DNA of 64,000 bases, from contig CM097887.1 of the NCBI GenBank assembly GCA_044892525.1, forward strand, positions 62,744,001 through 62,808,000, written 5' to 3'. How positions within the stretch are numbered: position 1 is the first letter of the stretch; each line of letters starts with the position of its first letter. The notes beneath the pieces are model-generated. The model did no database searches and was not told where the DNA came from. It saw only the letters and a program-made list of their open reading frames with translations. A program made the position numbers and the translations under genes. This document shows, one piece after another, positions 34,964 to 48,608 of the stretch. The DNA is from Schmidtea polychroa. Lineage: Eukaryota.

Positions 34964-37900
34964 ATGCAAATCTTTCTAACATTCTCGAAGTCATATTATA
35001 GGATTTTAGTGCATTCATTTAAACTTAAATTTTTTAATTATTATTTTTCTAATAAAGTATATTTTCAACTTTTAAACCATCACAATGTTTGTAAACCGAA
35101 ATTTTTTATTTCTAAATCTTTACCGATTGTATTTTTATCAGCAGTTGCTGTGAACTTAAAAGGTAATTAATTACTAATGTTTAAAAATTTCTAATATGGA
35201 ATAATTCAGAAGATTTACTGTATTATGCTAGAGTTGGGGATTTGAAAAATTTGTCCAAGTATTATATTATAATGTTTTATTTCACTTTAAATTAAACTTT
35301 AATTTAGAGATTTAAAAATTGAGGATTTAGAAAAGCGTCACAAATTTGGTTGGTCCTTATTAATGACAGCTGTTGCCAATAGACAATTGAAGTATTATAA
35401 TTTGTAATGAATCCTTTCAAATTAAATTATTGGAAGGTGTGTGCAATTTTTAATAAGCAAGGGAGCTGATATAAATGCCAAAGACGATTATAGTGGAACA
35501 GTAGAAATTTCCAAAAATTTAAAAATAAACTCCTTAGAAGGTATCGTAAATTTAATATTCTAAATTCTGCTCTGTTATTATCATAGTTATTACTTTAAAT
35601 TTTATTTTAAATATTATTTTAAAGAATTAAATGGCTAAATCGTCAGCATTGTAAATCTGAAATTTTAATAGCATTTCATTACTTATATATGTTCTATTAA
35701 TTTTTGCCTGAAAGGTTCAATTTATTCTTTTGGTGCACTTGATGCTTCGTCGTAAAATCTTTTATTCATGATTCCGTGCCTTTCGCGAAAGCGCAGCAGC
35801 CATCAATCACTTGCTCTGAATTGTATGTTCATACGATTTGCTAATTTCAATGTAGCAGATTTAAATTCAACTGCCCGAACGGGAACCCCACTAGAACGTT
35901 GTTAGCCATACCATTTTAAGATTGGTTGAAGTTTCACAAGCCAATTTCATTCGTTTTCTGGGATGCCATATTGTTCACATATACGAGACGCAGACATTCC
36001 AGACTCCAACTTTTGTATCATTTTTGATCGATCGTTTTGGATTGGTTCTTTACCGTTTGTCCATATTGTAAGGGTAGGATTGCGAAAATTTGCATTTATT
36101 TACGTATTTATTAAATTTATTAAATGCTTTCATTCACTTCGAGTTAATAAGTTAAACTGATGTAGAGTTGCAAGCACTAGTAGGCTGTGTCGAAACCTAC
36201 GCGTTATTATATCAGGGAATCCCCTAATACACTATCACTCTGACTAGGTGCAGTCTTCGAGCAGGACAGCATTATGTCTTAAATTCTAGTGGTAGACCTA
36301 TAATGCAATGGCTAGCAGTTGCCAATTTCGCTGTATAAATGAAAATTGTTTAAATGCGGCGACACTTGAATTTAAGCATGTATAATATTAACAGGACGTT
36401 TTTAAAAATTTTTACATTTGACTGGATTTTTTGTCCATTATATCCGAAGTTTTTTAAATATAGGACCGTTAAATCGAAGTTTTACTGTACTGAAATATTT
36501 CTTGACTCTAGTTTGAGAAGTAATTCCATAGGCTCTCAAACCAAGGGAACTAATAAAAACAAATATAGAACAGCATTTCAATATATTTCAATATGTATTT
36601 AATTCCGTTTTAAACTGTCCCATCAGAATTATACATCTATACGCCGGGTTGCATTACTGTGAGGGATGGAATCAGTAACACAGTAAAGTTACAACACCAT
36701 GGGAATTGATCCCATATAATCACAATGCTATAAATGTCTCTATTCTGGTATTGAGCATCAATGAGAGTATTATCGGCACTCCAAAAAGTAACAATGAATA
36801 CCTTGAAATTGGGAAAACACAGTAAATAAATGCCCATTGGTTTAACATATAATTTCAGGACATAACATTTTGACATGTAAAATGAATACAGTGCCTAAAA
36901 TAAAAATTTATTCCATTTATATAACACGACGCTTATTGACTATTGGAACTTTTCTATTACTCATTTTGCACCAGTAATTTACTTTAAACTTTAGAATCTA
37001 AAGTGTAAATCCCACACCGTTTATCGTCATATTTGTATATTCTAAGTGCAACATTATTTAGCAGAAATAATCAAACGAGAAGTGTAATAAAACCAATTTA
37101 AAACAATCTCAAATAACCAATTTTACTCAGTGCATTCGATTTTTTACAGATAGCTTTAGTTTTAGGAAGTAATCTATTAATTCCGAAATATTTGCTGGTC
37201 TGTGTTTTTGTTAACAATACATCAATTCCATTTTATTTAAGATTCAATTCTTAGTTGAGTAATTTTTAAAAAATGGATTGTTTGTATTTTTGTATTTTGG
37301 TTTCAAGTCTAAGATATGGAAATTTTCATTAAACTCCGATTTGCATACCCTACCTTTTAAAAGATGAACAGAAACAATTCTATTGTAAAAAATGTTATAT
37401 TTTGATTTGCAAATTCTACTTTGAAGTTCCTTTTAATTCCCTTATGATGCTTTGGAATAGCATTCAAGCGAGCCCTTCAAATTAAATGTAATCTTGAAAA
37501 GATCGTTTCAACTTTTTTTTTATCGTTTTTGAACTTTTTAGGTTTTATCAGATTTAAGAACATTTATCAGAATTATATATTCATAAATAATTCTAACTAA
37601 CAAATAGAAAACTTTTTCATAAGATAAAGTTCAGAAAAAGTGATATTTTCTATAATTAATATTTTTCATTATTATCTGGAAATAAAAATGGAAAATGAGC
37701 TCAATTTTTTAATTGAAAGAATCGAAATTCGATTATTTATAATTTTATAAATAATTCATTCAAATTAAAAATTGAAAGGCTTCACTATTTTCTACGATAA
37801 AAATATCTTGATTTCGTTTCTTCGCAAAATAGCTTTATTACGTCGACATTTATTACGTCATGATAAGGATTCCTTATCAAAAATTGTTTGAATTGATGAA

Positions 37901-40900
37901 TTCATTCTAGTTAATTTTAGATTTATTGTCAAAAAATATTTATTACTATTCTTATCTATTGGCTGCCTTGAAATCTTATTGAAAGCAGCGATTTTAGCTT
38001 TCTGGTCATGAAATACTTTGCCAAAGATTATTTTATCGATTAGGCCATCTAAAAAAAATTAACTTACAATATAAAAATTTTTCTTTAATTTTTTTAAACC
38101 TACCGATTTTTTCATATAATTTGGTTTCTAGTATCAACCTTTCTCCTGCAATTATTTATAAGTGACCATTTGAGATTGTCATATAAAATAAAATAGGATA
38201 TTAAAATATTATTTATAACAATAATAATAATAATATTAAATATTATTAATTCAAATATCTCTAACTATAAAAATTTGTCAGTTGATTACATACGGAAAAA
38301 CGAATTCAGTCCTGAATTCAATACCAGGGCCAATTTCCAAGGCTGTACGGCATTGCATTATTCAGTTCTGTTGGATGATTATGAAATGACATCATTGTTA
38401 TTGAATAATAGTAATGAGTTCGTTGGTGAACTTACCGATTTGATAACGTAATTCCAGACGCGGATCCAACTATTGAAAATGATAAAGGCTATACTCCTAT
38501 ACAATACGCTGTATCAGATTCCTTAAGAAAACTTTTGCTATCCAAACAAGAACAGGTTTTCCAAATCATATAAAAATATTTTATAATTAAATCTTTTTAT
38601 TTGTAAATAATCATTTAAAATGAATTTTAAAATTATCCATACGGGGATTTGGCCCGGTTATCGTTATAAGTTTCGCTATTAATTGGAATATTATAAAATA
38701 TGACCACATGACAGTTTCATATAATTGCTATACATTTAATTATAATATTAAAAATCACTACTTAAAGATACGTTTTACGATATATTAAGAAAGGTAGGAT
38801 AGAAAAAACTAGATATTATAGATTTATTAAATAAATTACAAAATTTTATTATTATGAAAACTTTTTTTCCAATTTCACCAATTTTTTCCATTGAATTTTT
38901 TAAAAACAGAGCTTGAAGACTATAAATCAGTAATTTATCGATGTTTTTTGATACTCACGAATTTTCGACACTGCTTTTTTTCCTTTCGCTTGAAAAAGGC
39001 AGTGCCGAAAATTCGTGAATATCAAAAAAAATCGATATATTACTGATTTATAGTCTTCAAACTCTCTTTAAAAAAATTTAATTATTAAAAATTTTTTTAA
39101 TTTATGAATATTGTGAATAATTAATGAATATTGTCGACCAAAGCAATTGACCAATATATTTTTAAATCTTAAAATTTTGTTAATTAAAATTTATCCTACC
39201 AGACGAGTGTAGGAAAACTGTCAAAATATATCGTAAAACGTATATTAAGTGGTGTTTTCTAATTATTGTTGAATTATATTGTCTGCTTTGTTAAATTAGC
39301 CAATAGCAGTCAAATAAATGCATGCATTTGAGATTTTACTATAAATATCAAGTTACCTGAAAATCATTATTAAAAAATTGAAATTGAGTAACTTCATTTT
39401 CACGTAAATGGTGACTCACCTCAACTGGTGTGCACACCAACGTGAATTATAGAGGTTACTAAATTTCGGAATTGGGTGTATCTTTAATGATATCATTTAA
39501 TGATATTGATGAAATAGTTATTCATAGGGTTTATAAGTTAATAATTTTTATAAACTAAATATATTTTTGTAACTAAACAGTACTTAACAGAAGTAGTGGG
39601 AAATTATTTTGAAAGAATATTATCCTTATTTCAGAGCACAAATTAAAAAGTCAACTAGGCATCCAATATGTTGTTAATCAATAAAGTTTCANNNNNNNNN
39701 NNNNNNNNNNNNNNNNNNNNNNNNNNNNNNNNNNNNNNNNNNNNNNNNNNNNNNNNNNNNNNNNNNNNNNNNNNNNNNNNNNNNNNNNNNNNNNNNNNNN
39801 NNNNNNNNNNNNNNNNNNNNNNNNNNNNNNNNNNGTCATGAAATATAGGTAAATATTAATTACTCTCCTCTACCGACTCCCTCATTTCGCATATCGAATT
39901 AGGTATACCTATTTTTACCCGAAAATCTAGTGTTAAATGCTCAAACAATATTATATTCAAATTCTAAAAATAATTTAATATTGAATAATTAAAAAATTTA
40001 TCATTTTTGAATTGTTATATCTATAAAATTATAAAATAAGAAATAGTTCAAAATATATATTCCAATAAATAAGTATTATTGAAACAATTTTAAATTATGT
40101 TAACAATAAAAACTTTTGAATTATAATATATGGATTAAATATTAATTTAATCCATATAACATTAATACTCCATGACTCAAATCTGTAAATTATTATAAGA
40201 TAATTGAAATTTTTTTTGAAATGAGTTTAAGAAAAGAAACTTATGTTAAATTTTTAATTTAATGACAATTAAAAACATCAACTATATTGAAAATTATAAT
40301 GTGAAAATGACATTTTGAACTGAAAATTTTGCATTTTTAAATAATTGATAGATAGAAAAACCTGTAAGTTTCATGATTTCAGTGTTCATCATTCGATAGT
40401 TTTTACTGTTCCAGGCAAACATTAGGTAAACAATGATTTTCTTTTTTATAGTTAGTATCCTTATACAATTCTAAAATAATTCTTTATTTCCTACTATTAG
40501 TCGAGACCACCGACACAGATGGTTGTAATGAACTCTATAGGTTTTTACCTTAAGTATACTTAAAATAAAGAAAACGATGTTAAGTTTCACTAGAATAGTA
40601 ATCTTTATATCCAAATTGACTTACTATTAAAATTAGAAGAAGGCTAATATTTGTAGGTTAAATATTTTAATTCTGTATAATTTTCTCTGTCTGAATACTG
40701 TCAACTGGTTGTATGTATAAATGAATAAATATACAACAATAATACAAACAAAACATGGTTATTAATCTAAATTTCTTTAGTTTTTGAAATATAAAGCAGA
40801 AAAGGAATTAGAAGAACGACGCAGATTTCCTTTGGAACATCGTTTAAGAAAGCACATTGTTGGCCAGGAAGCAGCTATTGATCTAGTTGCAGCTAGTACA

Positions 40901-43900
40901 AATAAATTTCTGAGAGATTTGTATTTAAAACTTAATTCTATAGCAATTCGTAGAAAAGAAAATGGTTGGACCGATGATGAACATCCATTGGTATTTTTAT
41001 TTTTAGGGTCATCGGGAATAGGTAAAACTGAAACCGCCAAGCAAATTGCAAGTTATTTACACAAGAATGATTTGAAAAAAGGATTCATTCGGATTGACAT
41101 GTCTGAATATCAACAAAAACATGAGGTATTTTCGATTTGATTAAGATTTTTGATTCACTAATATTTAATAAGTCGGTTTTCTAATTGGCTACTTTCAATT
41201 AATTATCTTATATATCTTTAATGATTAAAAACCTAAATTTGTTATATTTAAAAATCACTGATCTATCAATATGTCAATTTTATTTTAGTATTCAATGATA
41301 TACAAATCTATATTAACCATTCAGTTATGCAAAAATGAATAATAACACGAAATGAACAATCAAATGAATAACACATCTTGTAGTCCTAGTAAATCTAATT
41401 CTTTAATTCAACAGAACCATGAGCGAGTTCAAATATTCATAGAAGATAACTCCTCGGAGATCAGTGCACCAGAAATATGTCTAGTGGGATTAATTCTTCG
41501 GTAAAGAGGTTACCGTAGGGCAGCATATAATATTATCAGTTGGATAAAATAATTTTGATCAAAAAAAAGCAGTGCCGAAAATTCGAGAATATCAAAAAAC
41601 ATCGATATGTTGGTTTATTGGGTTGGTGATAATATTTGTAAGTTAAAATTTTTACTCTGACTCCAAGCGTGTCTTTGACTGACCCACAATTAACAATTAA
41701 CACTGGAAACTTTATTGAATATCACCAATATTTTCACAATGATACAAATGGCTCAACAAGCTAACTGTTGATTATACAATGCTTATTATAACACTATGGT
41801 GAAGAATAGCACACGCGTATAACCTTGATTTGACAAATCTCTCACAACTGAGGAGTGTAACAATTGGTAATTTAACGAGTTGTTTTTTGATTTGGATTTA
41901 CTCTCCGAACTTTACTCTGTTATCAACTGAATAAGCTCCTGCCTCTTATACCTTTATTTATGCTTTCTTTTCAAATTCTCCAAATAAATGTCGTCGTATT
42001 ATTTCAAGTATTCTGTCCTTTGACGCAATATTCTGTCGCAACTCTGTTCCACAATATTCTGACTCAAACGTTTCCTCGCAAATGTTCTCCTTTAACTATT
42101 CTGTAGTAAATATTGTTCTTCAACTGTTCTTCTCTTAATTGTTCTGTCCGCTTCTGCTGTGCTTCCTCCTTTAATACCTCGTCACTTTGTGGCACTTCAG
42201 TTTATCTTTAATTTCCCATTTTTTCCAACATAATTTCCCAACTTTTTCCTACAACCGAGTTTTATTTGACAGTTGTCAAGATATTTTCTAGTTTTTCCTT
42301 TTTGGTAGTCCCTAGACAAAGTTATTTAAGAAATAATAATAAATTACTTAGGAAAAATAAATAAATAAAATTAAGAACGCAATACCCAAGATTTCCAGGG
42401 GAATTATCAGCATGACAACCTCGATAAATTTTGTAGCAACATTTCGACTCCTTGTAGATGACGAATTAAATTTAACCATAAATGATGAGCAAAGAACCCT
42501 ATAATATTAACCAATTACTTAGTGAAATTGCCACATTGGTCGAAGAGACAAGCAAGAAAATTAAACGTAAAATGTTGAAGATTTTGAAGAAGAGAAAAGT
42601 TTTTAAAATAGTAACGCAGTTTCCCTTTAGATTAAGCAAAGGATAAATTATAACAGCTTGAAAAATAAAGTGTGATTTTTAATAATAATAAATCTATTGT
42701 ACTTTGATCAATAATACTATTAACCTAAAATATAACATAGATTATTGTAATTTGCATGTAAAGGCAGCTCAGAAATTTGTACTATATAATAAAATTAATG
42801 TTTAAATAGAAAAAACAAATCAAAAACGAAGGATTTTACCGATTATTTATTTAGAATAATTTTAAGCGAAATTTTGATTGAAAAACTATTTCTAAATAGG
42901 TTGCTAAATTCATTGGATCTCCTCCAGGATATGTTGGCCATGAACAGGGTGGCCAATTAACGAAAGCATTAACTGATTGTCCACAAGCAGTGGTTTTGTT
43001 TGATGAAGTGGAAAAAGCTCACCCTGATGTTTTGACAATTTTGCTTCAGTTATTTGATGAAGTTATTGATTTAATTTGAGTTTTCTTCTTGATAAATCTA
43101 TCAAGGGCCGAATGACAGATGGTAAAGGTACAACCATTGAATGTAAGAAAGCAATATTTATTATGACATCAAACTTGGCCAGCGAAGAAATAGCTAATCA
43201 CGCTCAAGATCTTAGAATGGCTAACAAATCAAGTAAGTGTATTGGTCAATATTATTTTGTCATTATTTACTCATAAGACTCTGGGAGTGTGGAAATTGGA
43301 CGGGAATTTAAAGAGAAAATTATGAGACCTATTTTAAAAGTTTGATTTTATACATATTTATTAAGGGGATTTCATTATCGAAACTTTACCGCTCATTTAG
43401 AGACATTTCCTTCGAGATGAGTTTCTTGGTAGAATAAATGAAATGGTCTATTTTCTTCCATTTTCCGATTCAGAATTATCTCGGCTTGTTAAAGCGGAAT
43501 TAGAAATCTGGAAAGAAAGAGCCCTTAGAAAACATGGAATTGAATTAACCTGGGATAATAGTGTTGTTGATTATTTGGCAGATGGTTACAATATATATTA
43601 TGGTGCCAGGTCTATAAAATATGAGGTTTGTTATGTTCATTTTATTTCAATTTCATCGAAAATTACCTTAGCCATATCGAATGATACATAATTTAAATAA
43701 AATAATTGGATAAATTCATAAAAACTCAATTTTTAAATTGATCTACAATAATAATTATTATTTTATTTTCTAAATTATTTATTAATTTTATTATTTTTAT
43801 TGACTTTTTATTTTTATTTATAATTATATTACTATTGATTAATTTATTATTATTTTTATTATTAATTATCAATATAAATATTGATTAATTTATTATTATT

Positions 43901-46409
43901 GATTATTATTATTATTTTAACATTTTTTGTTTATTATTTATACTTATTTTATTTATTATTTAGTTTTATTATAAACTGCAATAAAATCGTTTGTAAAACA
44001 GGTATAGTAAAATCTTTTTTACACGATTTTGAAATAACACTGTTCGTCAAGAAGAAATTTTAATTTTTTTTACACGTTATTTTTGATTTAACACGAATTC
44101 CTAAATTTTTTTTTAATTATTTACATGATTTTCTGCAAAATCGTGTAAAAAAGATTTTACTGTAATTATTCTAATGTCAATAAATCAAATGAATATTCTA
44201 TGAATTAATAATTTTGCAAATTTAAAATTCAGAAATTCAGATTTCCTGTTCATGTAGACTAAATTGGAGTTGTTTAGCGGTTAGAAATGTACAGCTAAAC
44301 ACATAAACTCACTACACCCGTTTGCATGGAATAAGAACTTCTATAATATAAAAAAAATCATTCAAGTTATATAATCGAAACAGACAAACTTACCTGTGTA
44401 AAAAATGCAATATTGCATGGAATATACTATGTTTATGTGTTCAATTTATTTCTAGAAAAACTTTCGATACATAGAAATAGTTCATGAAATAGAAACTTAA
44501 AAATTGTATTATTGTATTATTTGGGAAAAAGTGGTAGATTTAACTCAAGAATTCAATGCCAATGACACTGCTAAACTCAATTAAAAAAAATTAAGTTGAA
44601 AAAATAAACTCAATTTTTGAATCGATCTATAATAATCATTATTATTTTATTTTGTTCTAAATTATTTATTATTTTTATTGATTTTTTATTTTTATTTATA
44701 ATTATATTACTATTGATTAATTTATAATTATTAATTATTATCAATATAATTATTGATTAATTTATTATTATTTTTATTAATAATTATTACTATTTAGTTA
44801 TTTTTATTATTGATTATTATTATTTTAACATTTTTTGTTTATTATTTATACTTTTTTATTTATCTTTTAGTTTTATTATAAACTGCAATATTATCGTCGA
44901 ATATTATAATTGAAACAGACAAACTTACCTGTGTAAAAATGTAATATTGCATGGAATATACTATGTTTATGTGTTCAATTTATTTCTATATAAACTTTCG
45001 ATACATAGAAATAGTTAATGAAATAAAAACTTAAAAATTGTATTATTTGGGAAAAAGTGGTAGATTAAACTCAAGAATTCAATGCCAATGACACTGCTAA
45101 ACTCAATTTAAAAAAATATAAGTTGAAAAAATAAACTTAATTTTTGAATCAATCTATAATAATAATTATTATTTTATTTTTTTCTAAATTATTTATTATT
45201 TTTATTGATTTTTTATTATAATTATATTTCTATTGATTAATTTATTATTATAAATTATCAATATAATTATTAATTATTATCAATTATTAATTCAATGCCA
45301 ATGACACTGCTGAACTCAATTAAAAAGATATAAGTTGTTGAAAAAAATAAAGAGAAGAAACAGAAAATGATGAAGATAAATTTCATTTGAAATGGTTATT
45401 ATGAATAACAAAATTTTTATTTAGCTTTATAATTTACAAACTTATATAAAATTACTTAATGGGTTCCACGAGCAATTTCGTTGTGCAAAACGCATTTTTC
45501 CATAATAATACATGTTAAAAATTTTAATTCGTCTGTATCATAACATGGTACTGTAATATAGGAAAAGTATTTTTAGTCAGACTCAGATTTAGGAGAGTAT
45601 ACCGAGGCTTCTTTTTCCATCCTTTGTTTCGTGGTTGCTGGCTTTTCCCTGGGCCTTCTGTATGTCTGATTGCCATAAGAATATCAAATTTCTCTTTCCA
45701 GAACTTCCGGATAGTTATGTCTCCACAAAACTCACATTCTTGAAACATCTTATTGAAGAGGGCTCTGGTGAACAGTTTTTTAAAGTTGGTAATACGTATA
45801 TGAGTGTCTGTTGATTCTAATTAAATTTTTGATATTTGTCAGAATGAAGATAAATAATACTCAAATAATATTCTATCTATATATTTCTTAATGTAATCAA
45901 TTATAAAAATAATATTAATAAATAAATCAATTTCAATAGAAAATATATGAATAGATAGAATTAATGAGATAAAAGTCTAAATATTCTCCAAATCTCAGAC
46001 AACCAAATATCGCACAATTTTAAAACTTCGAATAAAATTTAAATTATCTTTTCCGTCAAGATCTGATATTAGTAATAAATTTCTAAATTTTTTTAATTCC
46101 TTAAGTTAACAATTATTTTATGACATGATCAATTGCAACTAAAAACAAAATTTCTGAAAGTTTTAAATATGATATTTTAAGGTGGAAAGAAGAGTCATTA
46201 ATGAATTAGCTTTGGCTCATGAGCGCGATCTTTTCAAAAGTGGAAGCAAAATTCATTTGATACTGAATAAAAAATTTGCCAAAGCCGAATTGTCAGATGC
46301 TGATCAAAAACAAATAACAGATCCACCCGTAATCAAGATGCAGGTCACGGATAAAAATAGTTCTCAAAAGAAAGAATATGAACTTGGATGTCGATCATTA
46401 TGGGTTTAA
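34964..46409 (+). CDS. CLPB: Mitochondrial ankyrin-repeat AAA+ disaggregase Skd3/CLPB, 13 exons
   Basis: Exons 34964-35162, 35210-35258, 35308-35391, 35437-35540, 38282-38410, 38458-38555, 40781-40895, 40944-41125, 42900-43061, 43106-43232, 43278-43339, 43401-43625, 46182-46409; all GT-AG and in frame. They encode [33 protein letters not shown] (Walker A), [19 protein letters not shown] (Walker B) and [13 protein letters not shown]. Confidence 0.96.
35700..36340 (-). pseudogene. pogo/Tigger transposase fragment (CENP-B-type HTH) in CLPB intron 4
   Basis: [15 protein letters not shown] motif in broken frames. Confidence 0.65.
38908..39065. mobile_element. Palindromic short element (73-bp arms, ~11-nt loop); single-arm copies at 19712-19780, 41566-41608 and 51306-51378
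   Basis: AGAGCTTGAAGACTATAAATCAGTA...CGAATTTTCGACACTGC is mirrored by GCAGTGCCGAAAATTCG...TACTGATTTATAGTCTTCAAACTCT. Confidence 0.85.
43720..45330. repeat. ~535-bp tandem duplication (about 2.5 units) in CLPB intron 12
   Basis: GAAACAGACAAACTTACCTGTGTAAAA at 44377 and 44912; the AT-rich block recurs at about 43720, 44600 and 45130. Confidence 0.85.
44005..44162. mobile_element. Tc1/mariner-type MITE, 158 bp
   Basis: TIR (T)AGTAAAATCTTTTTTACACGATTTT / AAAATCGTGTAAAAAAGATTTTACTG with TA flanks. Confidence 0.85.
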
Positions 46410-47925
46410 ATTTTAAAAAAATATAGTCAAATTCTTATTTTATCTTCGTTTAATTATTTTTTAGCATAAATTTTTATATTAATCTGCATTTTAGGAAAGA
46501 AATGATTTCGTAATTATTAATTATTCAATATAGCATTTTCAAAAATTATTTTTAAAATTAGTAATTTTTTAATCAATATTAATTAATAATTTTAGATTTA
46601 TTTATTTTAAGAATGTAAAAAATAAACATTTAATAATTAAATTAACAAAAAGAAAAAACATAAGAATTAAAAGAAATGAGAATTATATATTAAAATTCCT
46701 AAAACATAGAAGATAATAGAAGATAACATAATTTGAAGACGCCCATATCCATCATAGAGGAGAAAAATATTAAAAACGAATAAAATTAGAGAATAAATAA
46801 TATTTATGAGAAATCGCGATCAAAATTGATAAAATTAAAATACAAAATTAAGTAGAATTAAAACAATATTTTACTGAATCCTGTAAACCTAGAATTAGCT
46901 GGGCCAATTAAGCCTCAACGGCCTATGATGAAAAAGAGTGCGGCTTCGAGTTTGTAGAGAATCGAAGCCAGAAATGATCAACTATTTCAATGTTAATAAA
47001 TAAATATTAGTTTAAATCTTTTTCGTGCATTTGCTAAATGTCTCGTTTTAGAGAGACAAGTTTAGCTAATATGCGACAAACAAAGAGGGAACATAGGCCT
47101 TTTAACGGCAGACCACGAACCCACTCGAGTGCTTGCACAATATAGTGTACTTACAAGTACTTACCAACTCGATACAGTTATAACGTTGATTACTCAACAT
47201 TATGGTATTCTGGGTTACTCTGTAAATAACATAAATTGGTAAAATCTGGATCACCTGTAACATATTAATTTTAGTTGTAATTAGAAGATCTGGGAAAAAC
47301 TAAGTCTGCTCAGGATCTAAAGCTGTCAAGTACTTTGTAACTTGTACACCAACTCGAGCCAATGTATCAGCTTTAGCAGTGGCTTGAATTTTTTGAGCCA
47401 AGATAATATCTCTAATTTCATTCAAGTCACCATTTATAAAATCAAATCCAATATTTCTTTTGAGGTGCATAAATAGTTTCACAAATTCAGGAGCGGTGGA
47501 GTTATTTTTATATTTTCCCATATATTAATTTCAGCCTTTCCCCTCAATAAATTACGGATATTTGGCATTTTTTGACTGACAGCATAATCAGAATTTGCAA
47601 TAAAATTATTTTGATATTGTTCAAATTTAGTTATCAATTGTGCTGCGTTCTCGATGTTTTTTGCAAAACCATTTTTAAAGTTTTTTTTATGAGACTTCTA
47701 ATAATTTTAAAGTAATATCATTATTAAAATGAAGAGAGAGAATCGGAACGATAAAATCAAAGTAGAAGAAGCGGCCAATTAATTTAAGCACTCTATATAT
47801 ACATATAAGTCGTAAACAGGAGTTGAGTAGTCGTAAATAAAGTTTTTGAAATAGTAATTTTTTACCAAGTGTCGCAATAAACAATGAAAACTTGCAGCTG
47901 TTTAATCTGTTTGTGTAATTGGAAT

Positions 47926-48317
47926 CAGGCCCGTCGATAGCAATTCCGGGCCCCTATGCAGAGCATTTTATGGGCCCCTAAACAATTGTTAATCGTACAA
48001 CGCATAAGATAGCAGATAACGTTTTATTTGACGTAGTGGCCTGTAGCCCGTGGATGTGTTTGATAGTACACAAATGATATGCATGGTTTCATTTTCAGTA
48101 ATCATGGTTAGTAAATATAACAGTTTTTAATTCCAACCAATGTTGATCTAACTACTTGTTGTTCGTTCAATTTATTCTAATGGAATTCAGATGCTTGAAC
48201 TTTAAACTGATTGTAGTTAAGTCAACTTAAGTGCCAGTAATATTATATTTAAATACATAACAAATCGAACCCGGGCCGCTAGGCATTTGCACCCTCTCCT
48301 CCGTTTAGGCGGACCTG
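47926..48317. mobile_element. hAT MITE
   Basis: CAGGCCCG...CGGACCTG ends; 8-bp TSD ATTGGAAT/ATTGCAAT. Confidence 0.75.
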
Positions 48318-48608
48318 ATTGCAATCAATAAAGTAGATATCAGATTGTCGTGCTAATCAATAAATATTACTACATTTTTGGAAGTTTTTTATTGTCAGCT
48401 GTTATTAAACCTAAATAAATAAAATCAAATCATTAATTGTTAAAATCGCAATTCACCAACAAACTCAACAAGTTCATGGATCAAAAAAAGACAACGATAA
48501 TTTATTAATCTAATAGTATTTGCCTTCAGATTCAAATCAAATTTTATTCACAAACCTTGAATTAACTAATATTCATACATAGAAATGCAAAATAGTATCA
48601 TCGAAGTT

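Noticed and set aside
40784-41140. Bacterial clpB or horizontal transfer
   Set aside because: The segment is two exons of an intron-containing, ankyrin-bearing animal CLPB; the ORF track reads through a 48-nt intron.
41637-41862. Solo LTR (TG...CA) in CLPB intron 8
   Set aside because: No matching TSD and no second copy in the window; not supportable.
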